From the human T2T-CHM13v2.0 reference genome, Homo sapiens, in the NCBI RefSeq assembly GCF_009914755.1, contig NC_060928.1: DNA of 64,000 bases; one strand, written 5' to 3'. A program made the position numbers and the translations under genes. Below are positions 14,341-31,180 of this stretch, piece after piece; the first letter of the stretch is position 1, and every line of letters begins with the position of its first letter. The notes under the pieces are model-generated. The model was not told the DNA's origin, did not search any database, and worked only from the letters and a program-made list of their open reading frames with translations.

Positions 14341-15861
14341 TTTTCAAATAAATCTGATCTTTCAACTAATCTTTCAGTTTTCAAGCTTTTCACCATGATG
14401 AATATTATTTTCCTATCCTCCTCTCTCTATCTCATTCATAAAGTATATTTCCGAAAATATATATTTGGTGCATGCAGATGTATTATTATTACTCAATATT
14501 CCACAGGTCCTTATACTATTCAGCTGCTTATTTTTTCCTTGTAAAAATTATGGTGGTCAGAACAGTATAGAAAAAGAAAGTTTAAATAATTAAACTTTGT
14601 GTCCTGTTTGGTATTATAAATATATGTTACTATCTACTGTGGAAACCAAATCTGTTATAACATATAAATATATACTACTATCTACTGTGGAAATCAAAAT
14701 CAAATTTGTCCCAGGTTGTCATATAAACCTGAAAGTCTAGTTTTAAATTTGTTCACTCTCTATTTAGGTTTCATTGATTCAAATCCTGACTCTCTCTGTT
14801 GGGCAAGTAGCTTATCTTTTTTGTGCCTGAATTTCCTCATCTGTAAATTAGAAATAATAATCGTACCTGCCTTATACTTTTGTTTTGAGGATTAAATGAG
14901 GTTAAATATGTAAAACACTTAAAACAGTCCCTAACATATAGAATTACTCAATACATAACAGATAATGTTTTGATTAACAACCAAATGTCCATAACTGGCT
15001 TTCAGTTGACCAGCTTTTATACTTTTTTTTTTTGGTCTCTGTTAGATCATGTAACTAATTTGGGGAGAAAATGTTTGGAATTCAGTAAACAGTACTGATT
15101 GGGAAAATTAAACTTGAAATGTTCAATTTATATTTCAAAATGGAAATAAAAAATTAAATAAAATTTGGTGCAACAGATATTTGACTATCTCTTGCTACGT
15201 TAGTCCTTCTGATAGATGCTGTGAGTATAAGGAAGAGTAAGACATGGTTCTAACAATAAAGTGCAAAGATTCCCTATAATCATCTTATCCCAGGCTACCA
15301 TGTTGATGACAGTATTTTTTTAAGTGGCTCCTGGGCATATATCATGGTCAAATACAAACAACATTATTATTAATTATTTTTCTTCAATGGTTGCCAGTAG
15401 AGGAGAAAAATAACATTGTAAAATCTGGAATAAGTTGTGGTATGGGGGTTGGAGGTGAGCTATGTGTTAAACAAATTGCAAAAACCTTTTGAGTCCTCTG
15501 AGGAGTACCCTTTCAGATCTATGGAATACATCACAGTGAAGAGGAGGGATTTAGGGAGAGAAGAAAAACAGTTAAACAGTGGCAATTTTAAATGAATTGT
15601 CACCATTTAAAAAATCTGCTCTTTTCAAATAAGTCTGATCTCTCAACCAATCTTTCAGTTTTCAAACTTTCCACCATGATGAATATTATTTTCTCATCCT
15701 CTTCTCTCTGATTCATAAAGTGTATTTCTGAAAATAGGTATTTTGTACATGCAGATGTATGTATCATTATTGCTCAATATTTCAAAGGTCCCAATACTAT
15801 TTAGCCACTTATTTTTCCCTTGTAAAAATTATGGTGCTCAGAACAGCATAGCACAAGAAGG
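14313..15861 (+). repeat. Interspersed direct duplication of ~265 bp (14313-14580 and 15594-15861)
   Basis: Colinear, roughly 85% identical by eye, offset 1281 bp. Confidence 0.93.
14765..14957 (+). mobile_element. MIR SINE
   Basis: TTCAAATCCTGACTCT...GGGCAAGT...TTTCCTCATCTGTAAA...GAGGATTAAATGAG core. Confidence 0.85.
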
Positions 15862-16461
15862 ACACAGTGAAAGAGAAAGGGAGTGAGAATAAGCACATAC
15901 ATTTGAGCTGTTGGGGAAGGGAGTAGAAGGAGTAATCATTGATAATGATGGTAAATTTCATCGTCTAGGATATGAATGAGAAAAATATGGTGTGCTGGCT
16001 TTTATATGTGTGTATGGAATATAGAAAAAGCCATAGAATATTTCCAAGAAAATCTAGGAGAGCAAAATTAAGGACTAATTAAAATGTGTTTTTCTAGACC
16101 AAGGAATAATTATTAAGAGCATTTTTTGAGATTTCTTCAACCTGTAAAACATTGACCCTCCCAGGTATTCATTTAATAATTGTTACTAACCATAACAACA
16201 ATATGTATGTTATTAATGTAGTTAATTTATGAGACAATAAATTAAATTTCTATAGCAGCCCCTAGGTAACAAACCACATGCACATTATGTCATTTTGATA
16301 CCAAGCCCAGGCTGTTTCCCAGTGGAGACTAGATTGAAAAGTCCTCAAAGAAAAAGCATCCATTTTCTTTCATATGGAGAAGTGGCCCTTTCCATCAAAT
16401 CCAAGGACAAAATAAGCCCAAGAGGTAGAAACATAACACAAATATATATTATGTTTGATAA

Positions 16462-16818
<357 letters not shown>

Positions 16819-18025
16819 GATGTCACTATTTTTTAACAAACCCAATCACAGGCAGACAAAATATGAAATATTATACCCATTTCATTATGTGAAGAAATTG
16901 CAATGCATTTTTATTTCTATTTGTACTTTGTACTTACCCTATACTTTAAAAATAAAATCTAAGAAATAAAAATTGCATGAGAAAATAAACAATAATAAAA
17001 TTTTTATTTAGTCATTTGCAAAATAATTGACTTTTTAGAGCTTTATTTAAATATCTTTGTTATTTTTAATGTAAAATTTTGATAGGTTATGTATTTGACT
17101 ATTGGTAGCAGATTTGGGAACATTAGAAGGTGGTTTTTAATGAGATCGATATTATTATGTTAATACTCCCTAAGATTCCATTAGGAAAAGATTTAAAAAT
17201 AGATAAGAAATACAAGGACGGGAGGAGAAGAATGGAGAGAAAAAGAGAGAGAGAGGGAGAGGATAGACATCTAATTCTAGCTCTTAGATGTACAATATAT
17301 AGTTTTATTTTGATAAAATGCCATCTTTAGTACTCAATTTTTCCTTCAACAACAACCAAAGATAGTGTTCACTTTGCTATAATTCTCTCCACTTGCCTTA
17401 TCTCTGTTATCTTTTTTCTACCACACATTTATGTTAGGCAGCTCAGACTAACTACAAAATAGAAATACATTTCTTAGCAGCTGTTACCATAATTCTAAAA
17501 ATATACTTTTCTTTCTTACAGGATTTCAAACCTTCTGGGTTTCTTCCCAGCGCTAAATCCTGTCGACTGGATTCACTAGGATGAATAGAGAAAGAAGTGT
17601 TACATTTTAAGATAATTTCTTTTCTAAACACACAGAAAGGTAATAATTCTGGCATTTTACAAAGCATGTCAATTAGCTTTCTCAATGCTTTTTTTTTCAA
17701 TTGTTTGCTCACCAGTTTTGTTTTAGTCTTTTGCTTTCTTGCATATTTAGTTTTTAATTATTGGGAGTCATGAACTCATTGGAAAGAGTACACTCAGAAT
17801 TAGGGAGTTGGGTACATCTTTGCATGGGGCAAATATGAAAAACATGAACAGCAATGACACTTATGATTAGTGTGCTCTACAGTGAACTTTCTATCATGCT
17901 CCCAGGAAGGAGGCTTAGCCTCTCCTGGAGTTCAGTGTTATACTACCAAGTCTAGCACATTGCTTTGCTTTTCCAAAATAGCAAATGTCTTAGCACTTAC
18001 CTAATGATGATCTAAGGAAAAGTAC

Positions 18026-18151
18026 TAGGGAAATGGCATTATTCTGAAGACTTTGTTGACAGCTGCAAACCATAGGCTATGATAGCATTAGGGAAATGGC
18101 ATTATTCTGAAGACTCTGTTGACAGCTGCAAACCATAGGCTATGACAGCAT
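18026..18151 (+). repeat. 63-bp tandem duplication
   Basis: Units 18026-18088 and 18089-18151 differ at 2 positions. Confidence 0.97.
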
Positions 18152-18208
18152 TGCGGGAAAGCAAGAGAAGACACACCTCTTCCCCCTTCTAACAGAAACC
18201 CCTCCCCC

Positions 18209-18210
<2 letters not shown>

Positions 18211-18262
<52 letters not shown>
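18211..18262 (+). repeat. Perfect (CA)26 microsatellite
   Basis: Read directly. Confidence 0.98.
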
Positions 18263-18267
<5 letters not shown>

Positions 18268-19229
18268 GCTATACCCATGGTATGTACCCTTATTTGAGTT
18301 CTGTTCATACTGGACATAAATAATTAGATTTTAGATAGTTGGCAGTTACACTCCTCTTCTCTAAAAAGATTTCTTTTTTCTTCTGCACTCCTCACCAGTT
18401 AATCTGAGCTCTTTTGTTCTGCTAAAGGAAGATAAGGAAAAAATATTTCTTAGTTCTATTTAATCACTGGCATGCCAGTATTGGAGCTACTGCTCCGTGG
18501 AGACTGCCAAAACCTCGACCTAGTTACTGCTCCTTTTTGTGGCATCTTACCATGCGGTTTGTGGCACTTTGGAACACAAATTCACAGTTACCAGAAGTTA
18601 GGTTTATCACTGTTGCAAAGCCACTGAGTTCTGATCCAGAATCTCACAAACTGGTACATGCCCACGCAGATCTAGCCTGTCCAGAAGATGAACAGGAGGA
18701 AAAACGCAATGCCAAGAAGGAAGCAACCGGGTCCTAATTAATCAGAAACAAATAAGTCATTTTAATAGTGATGTTGAAGGAGATAGAAATGTATTCTTAT
18801 GAGAACCCTATGTTCCACCAGGATGACACTGTGAAATTATTCTACTGCCAGTTATTGTCACTAAGTTCTGGAATACTGGAAAACAAATGAGTCATTTGGA
18901 GTGTGTTCCTATTTTTTGTTTTTATATTTTAATGCACTTCAAGATGTAACACAGCTTCATGGTCTCCTTTTTTAAAAAAATTTTCCTTACACTTAATTCC
19001 AAAATGATCCTTGATTAGCAGATGGATAGATATGGAAACAACCACTTTATCTGTGGAAATCAGTTATAAAAAGTGATAAAATACACTCAACATCCCCAAA
19101 ATTCAGAGTTTAAGATGAGGAAATCCTTACCATTGCCAAAAGGAAAAAAAGAAAAAAGAAAAAAGATTTGAGTGTTGCTAGGACCATTTCATTCAGTAAA
19201 TGTTTATCAGGCATTTGCACTTTTCTACT

Positions 19230-19550
19230 TTTATTGCTCATTTGATTTCTGCTGCTTGAAATATTCTCCACTCACTGTCTTTCCCTGAAGACAAACCCAA
19301 ATGTCACCTATGTTTGAAGCTTTCTTTAATTGCCTTTTTACCCTGAACCCATGAGCCCTTCATTCTCCCTTTACCAAAATTCTCTACCATTTATTATGTA
19401 CAGGATTGTTTAACACATGTCTTAAAAACACATCCTGTGCTATCAGTTCGAAATCTCCACCTTTGAGAGTTAGGCTTGTCTTATTCATATTTGCATTGTT
19501 TGCAGTGCATTGAATCTAGTGGTGGCTCAAGAAAATATTATGTTCAATTT
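19230..19550 (+). mobile_element. L2 3' fragment
   Basis: AAATGTCACCT...GAAGCTTTTCT...TGTCTTATTCATATTTG...GTGGTGGCTCAAGAAAATATT. Confidence 0.55.
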
Positions 19551-21469
19551 AAAAATCGGTGTTCTATTTCTAGTTTTGCAGCATCTTACTGAACACCAGC
19601 ACACACTGAAAATAGATCACATATTTCCCTGGCAAACAATTTACGATTTGAATTTTCAATGAGTCCAGCGTTGATGGACTTGTGACAGGACGTGTGATTA
19701 TTTGGTGGATTCAGAATGAACCTATTAATAGCTTTTCAGATAATTCATCTAACGTGGCTGTAGGAGCTTCACAAAGTAATAAAGAAGTCGAGATTTCAGT
19801 TAAGAGAGTATCAGACAATATGACTCCTGATGGACTGGGCATACCAACTTCTAGGAAGCTTTAGCAGAGATTTCATTGCAAATGGTAGAGAGAGTTAGCC
19901 TCTCTCCTCTTTCCCTTCGCACTATGTCCTAGGATTGGTTGGTTTTTAAAATTCTTTGTCAGAGAACTCCTAACACTGAAACAAAATAGGTAACAATGTT
20001 AGAAAATTGCATGAGGGAAATCTAGAAATGCTGACCTTTCATTTGAGAGTAAAGCACCTGAATCAGCTTTCAGATTGTCGAAAAGAAAACACAGCTATTT
20101 CCAAAACAACTAAAAAAGTAAATTAAAAAAACTATATTTGGAGAAGAAAATAATAGAAATAATCTGGAATTAGAGAATTAAAAAGTATAGTATAAAAGAG
20201 CTTAAACTGAGCAAGTTTTATTTTTTCAAGATAAATGAATGATGGATCTTCTTTGGGATTTGATTGGTAGACATTTTTTGTGCGTTTCTGAAAATGGAGC
20301 TGTTCCATAAGACATGAATTGGTCTTCAATCTAATAACAATTTCTAACACTGAACAGAATCTAGGAATCACTTCTGTTTTGAAGTTTCTATAATATGTAA
20401 GAATTATGACAACAGTAATGCCAGGCTTACAAATAAATAGTTGTTAAATAATAAGATAAATATATTAAAATAAAAAGCATTTCAAAATAAGCTCTGTACT
20501 CTCTAAATATCCACACTGTATTATCACCTTATTATATTTATTTTTACATATTCATTTCTGCATTTATTTTTATAAATCAATGCTCCCATCTACATCTATA
20601 TTTATCTATCTCTTTATATAGCATCCTCAAGACACAAGGCAGATGCCACGTTCCAGTATGTTTTATGGCACAAAAAGGTACTCAGTAAATGTTAAATTGA
20701 ATAAGTAAATATTGAAAGATATTGAGCTTAGACAGGCATAAATATAGGATCACACTGAAGGTGAGCTATGTGAAAATGTATAAGTGAAATCTGAAGTGAT
20801 GGTTTCAATTTTGCTAATAAATAATTTTACAGCAACAGTTTCTAAGGGATGTGAAAGGACAGTGCTTTACCTAGTATTATTTGCTGGCATGAGTGAAATA
20901 CATTTTAAGAGAAAATTACATGGATGAAACTGTCAACTTTCTTTTTTTTGTATTTTATTATTATTATACTTTAATTTTAGAGTACATGTGCACAACTTGC
21001 AGGTTTGTTACATATGTATACATGTGCCATGTTGGTGTGCTGCACCCATTTAACTCATCATTTAGCATTAGGTATATCTCTTAATGCTATCCCTCCCCAC
21101 TCCCCCCACCCCACAACAGTCCCCGGTGTGTGATGTTCCCCTTCCTGTGTCCATGTGTTCTCATTGTTCAATTCCCACCTATGAGTGAGAACATGCGGTG
21201 TTTGGTTTTTTTGTCCTTGCGATAGTTTGCTGAGAATGATGGTTTCCAGTTTCATCCATGTCCCTACAAAGGACATGAACTCATCATTTTTTATGGCTGC
21301 ATAGTATTCCATGAAGCTATATGTATATGTATATGTGCCACATTTTCTTAATCCAGTCTATCGTTGTTGGACATTTAGGTTGGTTGCAAGTCCTTGCTAT
21401 CATGAATAGTGCCGCTATAAACATATGTGTGCACGTGTCTTTATAGCAGCATGATTTATAATCCTTTGG

Positions 21470-24942
<3,473 letters not shown>

Positions 24943-26291
24943 AACTGTCAACTTTCTATGACTGTTTCCCTGGTTTCTAAGTTAATCATTAAATTATTTT
25001 AGGCCAAACACAAAAGTGATTAAGTGCACTAATGCCCTATCTCTACTTTGTAACCCGAGCAGACTTCTTCAGCTGTCTGGGACATACATACCTTTTGCTC
25101 TATTGTACTGATGTATTTTCCTTACATTCATTCAAAAGGAACCTTCTGACCTCACTCCAACTAGGAGACATCTGTTACTGCAGTCATAAGCTGAGGACTA
25201 CAATTTAATAACCAATAGCTGACAAAGAAAAAAATATTTTAAAAACTCTCCAAAAGGATGGTTTAATTAACAAAAAGAAGACCCCTAAAATGACAAAATA
25301 AACCCCAGAATAGCTTTCAGTTAAAGAATAAAACAAACACTTGTCAGTCACCACATTTAAGCTTGAATTAGGCTTTTGAAGGTACCTGTAAAAACCTTAT
25401 ACTTCCCTCTCGCTCTTGCCTTAGAATGACCATCCTATTATATTTTCAAATCCAGGTTCACAGCAACATATAGATGACATTATATTAAGATAAAAGTCTG
25501 TATATTTCTTATGATAGCTTACTATTTAAATGGCATGTCTGGTTTAGGATGTCAACAGGACATGTAATAATTGGCAGTAAAGGCACAAGGGTAAATTTGT
25601 ACAAGAATTTTGTGCTAAGTTTTATGCAACTGGTTCCCAGAAGCTACGGGAAAATAAGGAATTCTGAAAGTGATTTAATAAAGAATAATGAATATTTTAA
25701 ATACATACAAAACCTTTAATGTGCCTAAAATTGGGCCTTAAGGGGTGATAGGGCTTGTAGTATTTTGATTTTGTCTTGCTTCTCTGTAACAATACATTCC
25801 GGATATCCTTCATGGTTATAGAACAGATCATTCAGATGTATGTGAATGGTATTGAACATATAATTTGGGTAGATTATTGTAAAACACCAGTTTCACTGGA
25901 GTCACATGATGAAAAAAATCCAGATTTTGAATTAAAGAATGCTGGAATTGTGTATGTATTGGTGATTGGGTGAAGAGAAGTCCTATCTAAGGGACTACTA
26001 CTGTGGGTTCAGAAATAGGTTTCATAGACTGACTTTCATGAAATATAAAGCTATACTAGAATCATCTACAGAAAAAGGACTAGGCATACCTGAATAAAAA
26101 GTGTCTCAGATATTTCTGATTAGAGAGGGATGTTAATCTTTAGCCACAGACCGCTCACCTTCAATGGAAACTAAAATTAGGAACACTTTATTATGTCAAC
26201 TTCCCTGGATCTGACATTTACAACCTTGTCTTTGAAAAGTTGCTAATCATGATTTAATTGAGATATTCCTTCTTCTCATTTTTCTGTATCT

Positions 26292-26317
26292 TGTGTGTGC
26301 GTGTGTGTGTGTGTGTG
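26292..26317 (+). repeat. (TG)n microsatellite, one interruption
   Basis: Read directly. Confidence 0.95.
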
Positions 26318-28832
26318 AACACTGGTAAGTAAAAAAATGAGACTATATAAATACACATCTAAATATGAAATATCAGGACCTGTTTTAGGAGATTTAGAAC
26401 CAAAGCATAAAGACATTCAGAATGCAAAATTAGAGTAGTATAGTTGGAGTGTAGGGAGGATAACAGAGCCTGGAGAGGGGAGAAGGCAGAAAGAAAACAG
26501 TGTAAGAAAACATTTAGGTGGAGGATGGTAAAAACAAGCACTGATGATTATGTTTTTTTTTTTTTTCATCTGTGTCGTGACTATTCTGCTCTGTTCCACC
26601 TTTGATGTCTTATAAGGAAGAACAATCAAGATAAAGTTGTTCCCATCATGTGTGGTTTGAAGCTATTATGCTATTTGTTGGGAAAGTCTTATTCCGCACA
26701 AGAAATGCCTGAGATATGTCTTGCAGGCTATGGTGTAAATCGCCATGAGAATTGGTTCAAAAGCATCAAAAACCAACATTTTTAAGCTCTTGTATTTTTC
26801 TCCACTCCTATACTTTCCAACGGCGTATATTTAGAAGTTGGCATGTTGGGTTTTGAGTAGCTGTGATCTTGTAAATATTCTTTCCTCGGCCCTGCTAAGA
26901 AAAGCCATGTCTGATAATGCTCTATAGATGATAGGGAATCTGGATGGTACCGTTCATTCTACTTGACCCTCTGTTCCTTGACTGACTGAATGTGTGTGTG
27001 TGTGTATTCTCCAGAGCCTGCAATTTCTCATCTTCTCTGATGATATTTCTATAAAACCAATAAACAACCACTTCTACTTTCTTAATTTTGAAGTCCATCC
27101 AGTAGACAAATCACCATTCTTTCTCTTCTATTTGGCCTTTAGTGAGGCAGTCATGTACTTGGACCAACCAAGAAGTAAGTGACTAGGATCATTTTCAGGA
27201 CCTGGTTAGATCTACAGAAACAAAAGCAAAATGTGTTGAAATTCCCAGTGTGAAAACAGTGCCTTTAAATAGAGAGCCTGCTATCAATCTCAAAGGAATA
27301 CCATTATTTCCGTTGTCTCTATCTGGGCTATTGCAGCATTTCTACCAACCCATTTACTCTTGAGAAGAGTCCTCTGGTGATTTCCATCTCACAGGCTGCC
27401 TTAGGATTTTCCTTATTAGTTAATCTTGCATTAAATATTGTAGCATAATAGTTTCCTTGAGACAGCCACTTTGGACTAGGATAAGTTTTTAAGATTTCAT
27501 TTCAATCATAAGACTAAGTATCTATCTGGCAAAAATTACACTGTATCAAAAACGAATAAATAAAATAAGCCCACCATTTAAAAACCACTAATAAGAAATG
27601 TTCAAAGTATGTCCAATGTGATGAAATACTAAATGTTTTAAGGATATTAAATAGTGATTCTATATATCTTATTAAAAGTACACCTATCAATTGCTAAAAA
27701 GATAAAGATATGATTCAACACTAGTTTCTACCAATGTATTTCCCTTACTCTACATCATCAAAACAGTAAGCTATTTGCTGGGGAATGGAAGTAATATCTT
27801 ATGTAGAACTGGAAGCTATAATGATTATTGAAAAATAAGACTATAATTGATATTCAAAATGTTTTAGAAATTCTAGAATTCTAGAAATTCAAGATTCCTA
27901 GATAGGCACAAAATAACTTTGATAGTAGCATAAATAATTTATATTATATTGATAAAATACTCTTTATTTTCCAAAAAAAAATCCCCACAATAACAAAGGA
28001 CACTATGTCCATAGTCCAAGTGCAAAAGAAAGTGCATATATTTTCTACCTAAAATATTTGGATTTCATTGCGCTCTATGCTACTCTAGTCATTGTATTTT
28101 GTATAACCCCTTATCAAAAGCAACATTTTTTTGTGGCCCCACTGTAAGGTAAGCCCCTTACTCTCAAGTTTTTTACAACCTATTTGGATAGGAACCATTT
28201 TCATTTATCTGTGATAGAGGCTGACTGAACATCTATACTGTGCAGTACACGGCGAGGAAGGAAAGCATATTGTCCCCAATTTTCAACAGCTCATTTACTC
28301 TACATTTTTTCAAGTAGTTTTCCATTTCATTCTTAATTTGTCTTGTAATTCCTATGACATAATGAAGGTAAGTATCCTAAGAGAAAAATGGAAGCCTGGA
28401 ACATATAAGAGAAAAAAGTTTACAACTAATTAGCAGAAAATAAAATATTAAAGACTAAAAGGAGGTCTTCTCACTGGACCAGAAGTCTGTTCTCTGTTTT
28501 ATCTTGTATCTTGTCAATGACAAAATTTCTCTGGGTAGGGAAAAAAGTCTGAAAAAAAAAAATTTAACCATACACATATATAAAAATGTATAAAAAATCC
28601 TAAGCATATGGAATGCTAAGGAGCAAGCAGTTAGAAGAAGTTGTGTCTATAATTTTAGTAGGCAATTGGTCTGTGGGATTATGTCAAAATTACTTTTAGG
28701 GAGAACAATTAAGTGTGTTCCACTTTCATGGTAGAGTCATAAAAGAGATCTAAAAGTATTAATTTGCCAAAATTATATGACGAAATGCAGTGATTAGTTT
28801 AACCAAGGTAATTATTTTCCAATTTTTCAGAA

Positions 28833-29199
28833 TGGTTTTCCCTTGGGGTGCTGTAACAAATATACCATAGATTAGGTGGATTATACAACAGACATTTATT
28901 TCTCATAGTTCTGGAGTCTGTGAAGTCCAAGATCAAGGTACCAACAAATTTGACGTCTGGTGAGGAGCTTCCTACTTGTTTGCAGATGGCCACCTTCTTG
29001 ATGCATGCTCACATGTTTGAGAGAGAGATCGTATCTCTCATGTTTCTTGTTATAAAGGCACTAATCCCATTGATGAGGGCTCCATCTTCATGACCAAATT
29101 ATTTTCCAAAGGCCTGACCCTCAAATACCCTTACAATAGGGATTAGGGTCTCAACATATGAATTTGGGGTTGGGGAACACAAATATTCAGTCCATAGCA
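28833..29199 (-). mobile_element. MLT1A/MLT1A0-like MaLR solo LTR
   Basis: Minus begins TGCTATGGACTGAATATTTGTGTTCCCC; same family as 1688-2037. Confidence 0.87.
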
Positions 29200-29679
29200 A
29201 GAATTGTTTAGTAGACCCAGGGATAGAGTTTTCCTGAATTATCCAGTAGGCATAACAAGCATATGCTACATGCATCAATAAAACAGAGACACCAACAAAA
29301 TTTTTTTAAGAATTTAACATTTAATTTAAAAAAAAGAACTTAGTACTTTACGGAAGAGAAACCAAATGTTGTAAAGCTTCTTTACACTCATTTCATCATT
29401 TAGTATTTTTTTTTTTGTGGTTAACTATTTTGTTGTGGGTAGGGCTCTCTTGTCTTTTCTATCCTTATGACTTTTCTAAAGATCTTAATAACAGAGAGCT
29501 GGCAAACAGTGTGGATCCATAATGTTTATGGAAGGCATCAGGCACAAGAAAGAGTCCAAGAATGCTCAGGCATGTGCAAAACTGGAGAAGTAACACAGAA
29601 GCAAGGAGAGATCATGCTGAATAGGCATTGACAAAAATGGTTATATGTGAAAGGACCTCGACAAGACCAGTCTCTTATT

Positions 29680-29841
29680 TTAGTTCCAACTTTATGAGTT
29701 ACTAGCTCTGCGACCTTAGGAAGCTACTTAATGTCAGATTCCTCATTGGTAAAATAGGGAAACAACACAAAGGGCTATATTAAGAATTAAATAAAAAGAT
29801 GCATATAAATAAATAAATTCTTACACATAGTAAGTACTCAG
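29680..29841 (+). mobile_element. MIR SINE
   Basis: TTACTAGCTCTGCGACCTTAGGAAGCTACTTAA...TTCCTCATTGGTAAAATAGGGA...CACATAGTAAGTACTCA. Confidence 0.75.
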
Positions 29842-30669
29842 GGCCACTTCCCTGCTAAATTTATTATTACTAAGGCCTTCCAAATTCTATCCTCGTGCCC
29901 CTCCATGTCCATGAAGGATGGAGTATGTGTGATCTGAAAGGTTATTAATATTTAAAATAAAAACCCTGCCGAGTTGGAGCAAAACATCACAAATAAATTA
30001 CCTTCTATCAGCAGTAGTTTTTTTAATTGGAATTATATTACCTTATCATTTGCTCATTTATATGTAAATGCTTACTTGTGTTCATATCCTGCCACTATTT
30101 TCACATATGCAGCTCTTGTTTATTCATGGAAGGGGGGATGTAAAACATTAGTAAAGAATATGAAATTCAGAAACGATGGCCAATCTTCATTTAAAACTAT
30201 TTTTGCTAATAGTTTTAATTTCCTTTCCTCAAGTATATTTTTTGAAGGATCAAGCTATGACTAAGAAAGAAATGGTCTCTGCCCTTGCTGAGTTTATGTT
30301 GGAGCTAAATACTAATTCATGCATCGTAACATTACCTCAGTCATAGTGTGTAGGTTTCCAAAAGATAGTATAGAAAAAAGACCTACCAGAAAAAATGTAC
30401 TTTGGGTTTCAGTTTTCTAATTATTTTTGCAACTCATATTTCCAAAATGTAGAAAAGTTAACACACTTTCAAAGATTCCCCTCTTTTATTTTTCTCCAGG
30501 AATCTTTTCTGGCAGTTACAAGTTCAGAATGCTTTTGTGCATTCCAAGCAGTCTTGCCCAGATTCTGCCACCTGTTCCATCATTCTGGGTATATTTAGGG
30601 TATAGTTCTTTTCCATATGGGCAGTGTAATTCCATTAAGTAGCAATCCAGCACAATTTCTTTTTTTTTT

Positions 30670-31180
30670 TTTTACGTTAAACCTCGAGAGTTAATCGTCC
30701 ATCTGTGTGTAATCATCGATTCCATTAAGCCTTATGGCCTTGTCAGATTATCAAACATTTTAAACAGTACTCCTTTCTTCGCAGGAAACACATTTGATAA
30801 TTAAGGGCATGATGGAATCTAAGTTTTTGAGTCTGACTCCAAGGTCCCACAGTGGCTTATGTTAATCCTGAGTCAAACTTCGCCTCCTCTAGATCACTGA
30901 GCTTTGACTACAACAGGACGTATCGTCGATCTCGTTTAGTCAGATTTCCAAACAAGCAAGATATGATGTTTAGATGTCAAAGACAAATCAAATGTTTCAC
31001 TGGTTTTGTTTTCACCTGCAAGGCGTACTTTCAAATTTCTGTTCGCGATGACTGAGTGAGTCATGAATCACATGAGTATTGAAGAGAGCAGTCCTCGGCT
31101 ATAGACTGTGTGTGACACAGACTTCTTGCTTGTTTTTATAGGTTTCTGTTGTCTCTTATTGCAGAAGAGACTCGATTTTC
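30670..31180. promoter_or_regulatory. Non-repeat CpG-retaining segment with AP-1 sites (candidate enhancer or promoter)
   Basis: About 15 CpGs in ~500 bp against a CpG-poor background; TGAGTCA at 30869 and 31057. Confidence 0.5.

Noticed and set aside
25822-25951. Plus exon-like segment with QMYVNG (LamG/pentraxin-like)
   Set aside because: Four-residue resemblance only, weak acceptor, and phase incompatible with the 27015 exon candidate
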